Part shown: piece after piece, positions 18,426-26,623 of the stretch
Layout: each line of letters starts with the position of its first letter
Numbering within the stretch: position 1 is the stretch's first letter
DNA from: Crocosphaera sp.
Lineage (GTDB): Bacteria > Cyanobacteriota > Cyanobacteriia > Cyanobacteriales > Microcystaceae
Length of the DNA: 32,000 nucleotides
Assembly (NCBI RefSeq): GCF_030064895.1
Contig: NZ_JASJEB010000104.1
Span: 1,745 to 33,744, forward strand
Direction: 5' to 3'
The notes under the pieces: generated by a model
What the model saw: only the letters and a program-made list of their open reading frames with translations
What the model was told of the DNA's origin: nothing
Databases searched by the model: none
Made by a program: the position numbers and the translations under genes

Positions 18426-19490
18426 ATGGACAATCGTTTTAAAGTCATTGAAATTGTTGATCTGATCATCAGACTATTTCTGATTGGATTATTATTAGCT
18501 TGGTGTTTTCTACTCATTCGTCCTTTTATCGGGATTGTCCTCTGGGGAATTATTTTGGCTATCGCTATTTTTCCCCTATTTTTATGGTTAAAAAACCTTT
18601 TCGGGGGACGAGGAAAATTAGCAGGGGTTATCCTAACTTTATTGGGGGTAGGAGTGATTGTTGGACCGGTTAGTATTATTGCTACTATTTTCGTCAATAA
18701 TGCTCAAACCTTTGCAGATAGTCTTGCTTCTGGTAGTTTAGCTGTTCCTCCTCCCCCCGAAGGAATCGAAACATGGCCAGTGATTGGAGAAAGAATTAAT
18801 AGGATTTGGGAATTAGCATCGGTTAATTTGGCCTCAGTCTTAGGTAAATTTAAACCCCAGTTAGAAGCATTAACAAAAAACTTATTATTTTTGGCCGCTA
18901 ATATTGGGGTGGTGTTATTGAAGTTTATTATTTCGATTATTATTGCCGGAATTTTAGTTATGAATGCAGAGAAATTAAATTCTCGTATTAGACAAGTTTT
19001 TCTGCGAATAACCCCCAAACAAGGTCAAGAATTTTTACAATTAGCTACTGGTACTATTCGGGGGGTAACACGGGGTATTATTGGGGTTTCTGCGTTGCAA
19101 AGTCTTCTTATTGGTATTGGTTTATTACTAGGAGGAATTCCTTTTGCTGGTTTATTAACCCTATTATGTTTAGTTTTGACTATTATTCAAATTGGACCGG
19201 GTTTAGTGGTTTTTCCAGCAATTATTTTTGCTTGGTCAACTATGGGAAAGCTTACTGCATTATTGTTTACACTGTGGATGGTTCCTTGTACCTTGGTTGA
19301 TAATATCCTTAAACCTATATTAATGTCCAAAGGTTTACCTGTTCCCACTATTGTCATCTTAATTGGTGTTTTAGGAGGAACTTTAGTCCACGGAATTTTA
19401 GGGTTATTTATTGGTCCAGTTGTTCTTAGTTTAGGGTATGAATTATTAGTTGCTTGGGTTAATCAAGATTTACAACCCAATACCGATTAG
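18426..19490 (+). CDS. AI-2E family (PerM/UPF0118-like) transporter
   Basis: 354-aa polytopic protein. The C-terminal ILKPILMSKGLPVPTIVILIGVLGGTLVHGILGLFIGPVVLSLGYELLVAW pattern is typical of the family. It starts 27 nt after the ppc stop. Confidence 0.7.
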   Translation: MDNRFKVIEIVDLIIRLFLIGLLLAWCFLLIRPFIGIVLWGIILAIAIFPLFLWLKNLFGGRGKLAGVILTLLGVGVIVGPVSIIATIFVNNAQTFADSLASGSLAVPPPPEGIETWPVIGERINRIWELASVNLASVLGKFKPQLEALTKNLLFLAANIGVVLLKFIISIIIAGILVMNAEKLNSRIRQVFLRITPKQGQEFLQLATGTIRGVTRGIIGVSALQSLLIGIGLLLGGIPFAGLLTLLCLVLTIIQIGPGLVVFPAIIFAWSTMGKLTALLFTLWMVPCTLVDNILKPILMSKGLPVPTIVILIGVLGGTLVHGILGLFIGPVVLSLGYELLVAWVNQDLQPNTD

Positions 19491-19532
19491 TGTTGAGAAT
19501 GAGTAATTAATAATTATTTCATTAATATAATA

Positions 19533-19587
19533 ACTCAATCTTTGTATAGACATTTAGATGTGCTGTGTCTATACATTAAGATTGAGT
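19533..19587. terminator. Long imperfect palindrome (20-bp stem with a 2-nt bulge, 13-nt loop) between convergent genes
   Basis: ACTCAATCTTTGTATAGACA (19533-19552) pairs with TGTCTATACA-TT-AAGATTGAGT (19566-19587). Confidence 0.5.
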
Positions 19588-19685
19588 CTGGATAAATACC
19601 AATATTAAAGAATGCAAAATTAGTTTTTCCAGATAAGGTTAGGGAATCATCAACTAGAAGATAGGTATAGTTAAATTAGCCAAAA

Positions 19686-19940
19686 TTAGTGATCGTGACT
19701 GTGTGAACCAGCTACATTCATGACAACTTGATAAAATTCAGGATCACAGGAATCTCCTCTATCACAAATAGTTCCTTGCATTTTTACTACTTCATAAGAT
19801 GTAAATTCTAAATCTTTATGTGGTCCAGATGGATCTTTCAATTGTTTAATACCTTGAGCGACAGCATCGTCAAAACTTTGGTCAGAACTGGCAATAATGG
19901 TGATCACATCTTGATGCTCATTTTTATGAGTGCCTTTCAT
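19686..19940 (-). CDS. Dodecin-like small protein (tentative)
   Basis: 84 aa. VITIIASSDQSFDDAVAQGIKQLK...FTSYEVVKMQGTI...FYQVVMNVAG follows the dodecin pattern (vELiGtSe.sfe.Ai..Ai...WfEV.e.rG.i...yQV.l.V.f). His-rich tail HSHDH. Confidence 0.45.
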   Translation of the reverse strand: MKGTHKNEHQDVITIIASSDQSFDDAVAQGIKQLKDPSGPHKDLEFTSYEVVKMQGTICDRGDSCDPEFYQVVMNVAGSHSHDH

Positions 19941-20106
19941 GATACAAGATCCTTTCTTGATGAACTGCTCTTAATTATGGACTAAAAATGTACTTAATGT
20001 CTAGATACAAATATCCCAATTTAAAGGGATAAAAATCCAATAAAATGCTGCAAACTTTATTCTAAGCAGATTTAAGGTTTTTGTTAATTTTTTTATCTTA
20101 ATTATC

Positions 20107-20232
20107 TCAAAAATTTATATCTCTGAAATATTTTGTTATATGAATAACTTGAGCTAATTGTGTCTTTTGTGCTTCGTTCCCTTCATTATAAGTTAACTGT
20201 TCAAATTGAGTTTTAAAGGATGCAGTAACCCA
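20107..20232 (-). pseudogene. Unassigned C-terminal gene remnant (41 codons, no start codon)
   Basis: The minus-strand frame is open from just after a TAG (20235-20233) to TGA (20109-20107): WVTASFKTQFEQLTYNEGNEAQKTQLAQVIHITKYFRDINF. It has no ATG, GTG or TTG. An open run this long is unusual in such AT-rich DNA. Confidence 0.3.
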
Positions 20233-20327
20233 CTAAACCTTATTAACTTGGTGTATTAAGTTATGCAAATACACCCCAAAACTGTTTTCTGTTAAAATAA
20301 ATACTATCATACTATTCGTATCAAAAA

Positions 20328-21290
20328 ATGACTAAAGTTATGTCACAAGAATTAGTTAATACTGTATTACTGGGTGATTGTAGAGAAGTAATGAAAAAAG
20401 TTCCCGATAACTATGTATCTGCTTGTATTACCGACCCTCCCTATAATTATGAATTTATTGGTCATAAATGGGATAATTCAGAAATTCAAAGACGCATGGA
20501 AAGAGTTAATAATAAAAACAGCAAGACATTAGTTAAGAATATCCCTTATGGTAGTGGTTTAGCTGGTGGAGTTCGTAATAAGAAATGGTATCAAAGAAAC
20601 CGTGAGAATATTCTAGATTATGAACATTGGTGTTTTCAATGGGGAGAACAACTTTTTCGCATTTGTAAACCCGGTGCTACCATCCTAGTATTTAATAGTA
20701 CAAGAACAGTTGCTCATGTGCAAGTTGCCCTTGAAAATGCTGGTTTTTATGCTAGAGATATCATGGTTTATAGACGTTCTAGTGGTATTCCTAAAGGTAT
20801 TAATATCAAGAAAAAATTAGAACAAAAAGGTTATGATAATGCTGAACAATGGGAAGGTTGGCATAGTTGTTTAAGGAATGAATGGGAAGCTATTTGTATT
20901 TTACAAAAGCCATTACAAAATAATTATACAGAAACAGTTTTAAACTATGGAACTGGTTTATTTTTTACTAAAAATGAGCATGGTTTTCAATCCAATATTT
21001 TGGAGAATATTCCACGAGATAAACATGAAGACTTTAATATTCACTGTACAGTTAAACCATTAGATTTGATGGAAAAATTAGTAAAAATATTTGTTCCTTC
21101 TGTCAATGATTCAATTGTTATTGATCCTTTTGCTGGTTCTGGAACAACTTTACTTGCTGCTAAAAAATTAGGAATTAATTATTTAGGAATTGAATTAGTC
21201 CCCGAATATATTAATATTATTAATCAGCGTCTTGATGAGGTTATCTATGTACAGGAAACTCTCGCTTTCTATCAATCAGATATTGCTTAA
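20328..21290 (+). CDS. Beta-class site-specific DNA methyltransferase (N6-adenine or N4-cytosine), no cognate nuclease seen
   Basis: Motif IV ACITDPPYNY lies N-terminal and motif I VIDPFAGSGTTLLAAKKLG lies C-terminal, which is the beta-class order. 320 aa. AT-rich with no HIP1. Confidence 0.85.
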   Translation: MTKVMSQELVNTVLLGDCREVMKKVPDNYVSACITDPPYNYEFIGHKWDNSEIQRRMERVNNKNSKTLVKNIPYGSGLAGGVRNKKWYQRNRENILDYEHWCFQWGEQLFRICKPGATILVFNSTRTVAHVQVALENAGFYARDIMVYRRSSGIPKGINIKKKLEQKGYDNAEQWEGWHSCLRNEWEAICILQKPLQNNYTETVLNYGTGLFFTKNEHGFQSNILENIPRDKHEDFNIHCTVKPLDLMEKLVKIFVPSVNDSIVIDPFAGSGTTLLAAKKLGINYLGIELVPEYINIINQRLDEVIYVQETLAFYQSDIA

Positions 21291-21302
21291 GATCAAAGTT
21301 AC

Positions 21303-21446
21303 TTATTTCTTTGATAAAGTTAAATGACTGATCTCCTCTATATATTTATTTTGAGTATTTGAAATAATAGTAATCGCTTGTTTTGAAAGCATAGAACTTT
21401 CATCTAACCACCACAATAATATATGAGTATCAAGAAGATAATTTAT
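21303..21446 (-). pseudogene. vapC: vapC (PIN-domain toxin) remnant: start codon lost, truncated after 47 codons
   Basis: Not in the track. The minus-strand frame from 21446 reads (ATA)NYLLDTHILLWWLDESSMLSKQAITIISNTQNKYIEEISHLTLSKK*. This matches the N-terminal PIN signature MxxLLDTHxxLWWLxxxxxLS. It overlaps the antitoxin stop in the usual 4-nt arrangement, but as ATAA rather than ATGA. Confidence 0.55.
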
Positions 21447-21694
21447 TCACTTAAACCCATAAAAATATTTTGTATATCATCAGGTAAAGTATCAAAATCA
21501 TCAGCAATTTTTACTTTTCCTCGCCAATAACAGGGTTTTCTCGGTTCTAAACTAGATGGTAATTTATCATTTTCTTGTCTTTTTTTTATTTTTATAATAA
21601 TTGTTTCTTGTTGTTGAATAATCTCCACTTCTTGACTATCTCCTAATATTTCTCTAGGAATTAAGACCCCTTGTTTAGTTACTTTAAGTTTCAT
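21443..21694 (-). CDS. vapB: VapB-like antitoxin (AbrB/SpoVT-like N-terminus with a C-terminal ADDFD motif)
   Basis: ATG at 21694 (MKLKVTKQGVLIPREILGD) is preceded by GGTGG; the track start at 21754 is less likely. The C-terminal WRGKVKIADDFDTLPDDIQNIF matches the DUF2281-type antitoxin tail. Confidence 0.6.
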   Translation of the reverse strand: MKLKVTKQGVLIPREILGDSQEVEIIQQQETIIIKIKKRQENDKLPSSLEPRKPCYWRGKVKIADDFDTLPDDIQNIFMGLSE

Positions 21695-21766
21695 AAACCA
21701 CCTGATAACAGAATTAATTTTTTTTGCTTGACTATATAATAATAACATAATCACTTAAAATATATA

Positions 21767-21824
21767 ATAACTGATAACTGAAAAAACTGATGACTGATAA
21801 CTGTTCACTGATTACTGATAACGA
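21767..21824 (+). repeat. Degenerate heptamer array (ATAACTG-type, 8 units, STRR-like) containing the deaminase start codon
   Basis: Units read ATAACTG ATAACTG (AAAAAACTG) ATGACTG ATAACTG TTCACTG ATTACTG ATAACGA. The ATG at 21790 is the first three bases of unit 4. Confidence 0.9.
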
Positions 21825-23115
21825 TCGCTTTTGGCTAAAAAATGCTCATATTCCTCTTTGTTTGTTAGAAAATGTTTCCATACAATCCCAAACAAGAGAA
21901 CAATTGTGTAATGTTGATTTAGAAATAAATCAAGATAAAATTATTTCGATTATTCCTCATACTTCTAAACTCCCAGAATATCCTTATATTGATGTTAAAA
22001 AAGGGATTATTTTTCCTTGTTTTCTTGATAGTCATACTCACCTAGATAAAGGCCATATTTGGGAGCGATCGCCGAATGTTTCAGGAACTTTTGAAGAAGC
22101 TTTAAATACAGTTAGAAAAGATGCTCAAAACAACTGGAAATCAGAAGATGTTTATAGAAGGATGGAATTTGGATTACAGTGTAGTTATGCTCAAGGAACT
22201 ATTGCTATTAGAACCCATTTAGATTCTTTTGGAGAACAAGCAAACATTAGTTTTGATGTCTTTCAAGAACTAAAAGATCAGTGGAAAAATAAATTGATTT
22301 TACAAGCAGTATGTTTAGTTTCTTTAGACTATTTTTTGACTAAAGAAGGAGAAAATTTAGCCGATTTAGTAGCTAATTATGGACAAGTATTAGGGGGAGT
22401 AGCTTATATGAATACTCAACTTGACCAACAACTAGAACAAGTATTTAGTCTAGCAAAAGAAAGAAATTTAGATCTAGATTTCCATGCCGATGAGACCCTA
22501 GAGCCTAATTCTATTTGTTTGAAAAAGATTGCAGAAACTGCTATAAAATATCAATTTAAAAACCAAATTACTTGTGGTCATTGTTGTAGTTTATCTCAAC
22601 AGGAACCTGAATTAAGACAAGAAACTATTAACCTAGTAAAAGAAGCAAATATTAATATTATTGCCTTGCCAATGTGTAACTTATATCTGCAAGATAGAAC
22701 CCCAAACTATACCCCAAAAATGCGAGGAATTACCGATATTTATGAACTAAAAAAATATAGTATTCCTGTTGCTTTTGCCAGTGATAATTGTCGAGATCCT
22801 TTTTATGGTTTTGGCAATCATGACGGGTTAGAAGTATTAAAAGAATCAGTAAGAATTGGTCATTTAGATACCCCTTATGACAACTGGGTTAGTAGTATTA
22901 ATAAAGTTCCGGCACAGTTGATGAACTTACCCAATTTAGGCAAAATAGCTATAGGATTAAATGCAGATTTAATAATATTTAAAGCCCGTTATTTTAGTGA
23001 ATTATTTTCCCGCCCTCAAAGCGATCGCAAGGTGATGAGAAACGGTAAATTCATAGATACTACTTTACCTGATTATAGCCAGTTAGATGATTTAATTTTC
23101 TCCTCTCAAGTATAA
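21790..23115 (+). CDS. Cytosine deaminase-like amidohydrolase
   Basis: Metal ligand pattern of the CodA-type amidohydrolases: DSHTHLD (HxH), DLDFHADE, GHCCSL and AFASDNCRDPF. 441 aa. Two HIP1 sites (22065, 23021). Confidence 0.7.
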   Translation: MTDNCSLITDNDRFWLKNAHIPLCLLENVSIQSQTREQLCNVDLEINQDKIISIIPHTSKLPEYPYIDVKKGIIFPCFLDSHTHLDKGHIWERSPNVSGTFEEALNTVRKDAQNNWKSEDVYRRMEFGLQCSYAQGTIAIRTHLDSFGEQANISFDVFQELKDQWKNKLILQAVCLVSLDYFLTKEGENLADLVANYGQVLGGVAYMNTQLDQQLEQVFSLAKERNLDLDFHADETLEPNSICLKKIAETAIKYQFKNQITCGHCCSLSQQEPELRQETINLVKEANINIIALPMCNLYLQDRTPNYTPKMRGITDIYELKKYSIPVAFASDNCRDPFYGFGNHDGLEVLKESVRIGHLDTPYDNWVSSINKVPAQLMNLPNLGKIAIGLNADLIIFKARYFSELFSRPQSDRKVMRNGKFIDTTLPDYSQLDDLIFSSQV

Positions 23116-23195
23116 TTTAGACTTATTTTTTATAAAAAAAATCCCACCCTTGAAAATGGGTAGAATTTTTTGTAATAATTAACTAATATTTTAGT

Positions 23196-23651
23196 TCATC
23201 TAGTGTATTCAATCAGTTCTCTTCTAGCACCAATTAAGTAAAATACTTGCATAGAATTATCACTGAAACCATAATGATGTTTATCACAAACATCATACCT
23301 TTCTCCATTATAAAAAGTGTATCGATCTTGAATCACACATAAACTGACTGTTTGGATATCTTCCTCTTCTAAATCTAATAAATAAGTACGTTCTACGGTT
23401 TGATCTCGGTCAACTTCTATATAAGTGTACCAATTATCGGGATAGACCATACATTCCCCGGGTTGGACTAACCACCATCCCTTAGTCACCCAAGTATCGT
23501 CATTATTGATATAAGCACCGGAAACACGGATAATTTCATTGCGATAATTACACAATTCTGCTCCTTGCGCTATTTTAGGAGATAAAGCTAATTCTCCTAA
23601 CCCTGCACCCAGGATCATTAATGAGCATAAACCAAGTGATTTCTTCACCAT
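23196..23651 (-). CDS. Secreted DUF1036-like protein
   Basis: Signal peptide MVKKSLGLCSLMILGAGLG. ELCNYRNEIIRVSGAYINNDDTWVTKGWWLVQPGECMVY follows the DUF1036 pattern (CN...v.va......W...GWw.l.PGeC). Strong SD GAGGAGG upstream of the ATG. Confidence 0.5.
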   Translation of the reverse strand: MVKKSLGLCSLMILGAGLGELALSPKIAQGAELCNYRNEIIRVSGAYINNDDTWVTKGWWLVQPGECMVYPDNWYTYIEVDRDQTVERTYLLDLEEEDIQTVSLCVIQDRYTFYNGERYDVCDKHHYGFSDNSMQVFYLIGARRELIEYTR

Positions 23652-23790
23652 TTTTCCTCCTCAACAGTAGCTTGGTGAGTTATTTTTTGTTTCACCACTA
23701 ATTATAGTTCAATCATAATCAAGGAAACATTAACATCGACATAGATGAACTTTCTTTATATTTCTCGCGAAAAAGGGATAAGTTAATATA

Positions 23791-25440
23791 TTACTGATCA
23801 GAGATATCTAATTTTGTCACTGTCCAAACATTGCCAATTTTAAGTGAGGTTTTGTTATCTTCCATGAAGGGGTCTAATTCCCAATTTCTATTTTGCTTTA
23901 ATTGATTGGACATCTTTTTTGATGGTTTAAAGAGAACAATATCACTATAATCTTTATAGATTTTACCTTGATTATTGATCAGAAAAACATATCCTTGACG
24001 GGTTAAATGTGAATAGACGTTTTCATTTAACATATAACTCATGGTCAGAGCATCTCCCCAATCTTCATAAATTACCACTGGACGGGATAATTGATTGATT
24101 TCATTGGCAATATACGGATAATCTGGCGCTCCAAAGGCCCACCAACTTTGTGCAGTAGAAATCACGTAACAAGATAAGATTCCTCCCACAATTAAAAAAG
24201 ATAAAATAGTATTTGATAGTTTTTTCTTCCAAACAGATCTAGACTCGAATAATAAATAAAGTCCATAGACCACTATAAGTTGAATTCCAACCACATAAGT
24301 TAGCATATAGCGAAGACGGCCAGAAAAAGCATTACCTGTCAATAAATCTCTTAACATAAGCAAACCACCACCACCAATAATCAAACTAAATATGAAAAGA
24401 TTGATAGATGTTTTTCCTTTCTTAAAAAGATAAAAAAGACAAAATCCCAAAATTAATAAAATAGTTACCCTAAAGATACGATTAGGATATCTAAAAATTC
24501 GCGTCCAGAGAATCCAATGGTCATTGAAGTCAACAAAAATTCTGGTAATTCCATTAATCCAACCTTTGACTAAAAGGCCTAAAGACTGACTTGCACCGAC
24601 AGGTTGAGCAACAGAATATTCAAACAAACCAGATTTAGATAAAAATAATATAAACCAAGGAGAGAATAGAGCAAAACCGATACTACTATATGTAAGGTAA
24701 AGTATTGTTGTTTTACTGAAGCGAAATTTCTCTCTCAAAATTATGTAAATTCCATCTGCAATTAGGGTAAATCCAAAAATCAAATGAGAATATAAGCCAA
24801 AAGCAATAGTGATGGCATAAATTACCCAATCTTTATGATTTTTTCTTCTAATAGCTCTTAATAAAGCAGCACTAGAAATTAAAATTGCAGCAGTAGTTAA
24901 GCTATAGGTTCTAACAATTTGTGCATACTGTAAATACAAGGGTGACACAGAAAGTAGAGCCGTTCCTATCCAAGCAATTCTACTTGATTGAAACAATTCC
25001 CAGCATAACCAATACATTCCACCTAACGAAAAAAGACTAATAAATGCAGAAAAACTTTTATTAATTATAGAAGCTTCCTGAAAAAAATTGGAAAAAAATC
25101 TCGACCAAATTTGCATTCCAATTGAATACAAAGGAGGAAAAACATAAGGCTTTTCAACTAGCCTTTTAATAGATTGATTTAAACTCTCTTCTTTATTAAA
25201 ATGCTGATAACGTTGAAGTTGATCTGGAGCTACAATCTTGACATCGATAATATCTTCAACATAACGTCCAAAAATGTTGGTTGTACTAAAAGTTTCATCA
25301 AGAGAGTACATCTTTCCATCTAAGTTATTAAATCGCAATAATACTCCAAGAATTATTGCCGTTATGATAAGTATTTTAAAAAATATTGAAAAATCTTGTA
25401 AACTTTTCTTGAAAGGATCCAAAATATGTGTAAGATTCAT
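23791..25440 (-). CDS. GT-C fold glycosyltransferase (family 39/83-like; ArnT/PMT_2 type)
   Basis: 549-aa polytopic protein. It has the first-loop YSLDETFS (DE motif). FPPLYSIGMQIWSRFF...SFSAFISLFSLGGMYWL...SVSPLYLQYAQIVRTYSL matches the conserved PPLY...W...R..sal...sP..i.y..e.R.Ysl pattern. AT-rich with no HIP1. Confidence 0.75.
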   Translation of the reverse strand: MNLTHILDPFKKSLQDFSIFFKILIITAIILGVLLRFNNLDGKMYSLDETFSTTNIFGRYVEDIIDVKIVAPDQLQRYQHFNKEESLNQSIKRLVEKPYVFPPLYSIGMQIWSRFFSNFFQEASIINKSFSAFISLFSLGGMYWLCWELFQSSRIAWIGTALLSVSPLYLQYAQIVRTYSLTTAAILISSAALLRAIRRKNHKDWVIYAITIAFGLYSHLIFGFTLIADGIYIILREKFRFSKTTILYLTYSSIGFALFSPWFILFLSKSGLFEYSVAQPVGASQSLGLLVKGWINGITRIFVDFNDHWILWTRIFRYPNRIFRVTILLILGFCLFYLFKKGKTSINLFIFSLIIGGGGLLMLRDLLTGNAFSGRLRYMLTYVVGIQLIVVYGLYLLFESRSVWKKKLSNTILSFLIVGGILSCYVISTAQSWWAFGAPDYPYIANEINQLSRPVVIYEDWGDALTMSYMLNENVYSHLTRQGYVFLINNQGKIYKDYSDIVLFKPSKKMSNQLKQNRNWELDPFMEDNKTSLKIGNVWTVTKLDISDQ

Positions 25441-25780
25441 ATATATAGTTATTTAGCTAGTTAGTAATACAATTTTCTTACCTAATTTTAGCGCGTCCTT
25501 TCGGAGAAAGCAAAAAGTAAAAAATCAAGAGTAAAAACTTAGCCAGAATCGCACGTTTCCAAGGCGAGAAAACCTTACAAGAGTCGCTTTCCAGTTAGGT
25601 TTCAAGTATCTTCATTTATGAAGAGGAAGATCATTGTTTAAATTCCCTTCCTTTAGTAATAGGTAAAACTCTTGACTTTGAAGTTCTAACTTTTGATTTA
25701 TGAACTTTTGAGGCTTGGGGCAAGATTTGGGAAGAATTATAGCATCTTTTGCCTAACAAAAAAGTTGATTGCTAATTGTG

Positions 25781-25808
25781 CATTATCCATTATCCATTAT
25801 CCATTGAT
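25781..25808. repeat. Heptamer tandem repeat CATTATC x3 plus CATTGAT, spanning the lpxC stop codon
   Basis: Read directly. On the minus strand it encodes ...SMDNG-TAA, with further GGATAAT units after the stop. Confidence 0.9.
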
Positions 25809-26623
25809 AAAGCCTTAGCGAGTTGAACATGAAGTTTATGACTAGCTTTATAGGCTAAAAAATGAGCTTGAGGAACAGTTCCTAATAAACTCAAATCGCC
25901 GATTAAATCTAAGAGTTTATGACGCACTGGTTCATTTTCAAAGCGTAAAGGAGGATTAAGCCAACCCGAGCGATCGCAGACTAAAGCGTTGTCTAAACTA
26001 CCCCCTTTAATTAACCCTGATTGTTTTAACTGTTCGATTTGATCAGCAAAGCCAAAAGTTCTAGCCGGGGCGATAAACTCTTGGAATGATTCTTGTTTGG
26101 GGTTCCAACTAACCCATTGATTGCCGATCGCTTCGTAAGGATAATCAACACCGTAGCTAAAGCGGATTTCTGGGGCAGGAATAGCGGCAACAAAAGCATC
26201 TCCATCCCTAACCCATACAGGTTCGGTGATCGGGCTTCCTATGACCATTTCCGAGGGACTCAGACCAGATTCAACCATAGCCTCTAGCCAATTTTTAGCC
26301 GAACCGTCCAATAAAGGAACTTCGGGCCCGTCGATTTCAATACAAGCATTTTCGATACCACACCCATTTAAAGCGGCCAATAAATGTTCCACAGTGCGAA
26401 CTGTTGCCCCCTCAGCCATTAATTCTGTGGATAATAAGGTTTGATTCACCGCCGAAACAGTAGCGCGAATGATTGGTTTTTCAGGTAAATCAACCCGAAC
26501 AAAATAACGGCCTTGGTTGCCATAGTTAGGCAAAACTTTGACTTGAGTTTTTGCCCCAGAATGTAAACCAATCCCCGATACACTAAAGCCTTTTTCTATA
26601 GTAGATGCCATTTTAAACTCCAT
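25790..26623 (-). CDS. lpxC: UDP-3-O-acyl-N-acetylglucosamine deacetylase
   Basis: [30 protein letters not shown] and [14 protein letters not shown] are LpxC signatures. The start overlaps the bamA stop as TAATG, suggesting translational coupling. HIP1 at 25970. Confidence 0.9.
   Translation of the reverse strand: MEFKMASTIEKGFSVSGIGLHSGAKTQVKVLPNYGNQGRYFVRVDLPEKPIIRATVSAVNQTLLSTELMAEGATVRTVEHLLAALNGCGIENACIEIDGPEVPLLDGSAKNWLEAMVESGLSPSEMVIGSPITEPVWVRDGDAFVAAIPAPEIRFSYGVDYPYEAIGNQWVSWNPKQESFQEFIAPARTFGFADQIEQLKQSGLIKGGSLDNALVCDRSGWLNPPLRFENEPVRHKLLDLIGDLSLLGTVPQAHFLAYKASHKLHVQLAKALSMDNG

Noticed and set aside
18362-19018. Minus-strand ORFs 18362..18697 and 18704..19018
   Set aside because: They lie entirely antisense to the ppc 3' end and the AI-2E transporter gene. 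Their composition is low-complexity (Ile/Pro/Lys/Asn-rich) with no recognisable motifs. They are shadow ORFs.
23128-23170. Bidirectional terminator between the deaminase and DUF1036-like genes (A-run, CCCACCC...TGGGTAG, T-run)
   Set aside because: Only about 4 bp (CCCA/TGGG) can pair, which is too weak to call despite the suggestive A/T runs on either side.
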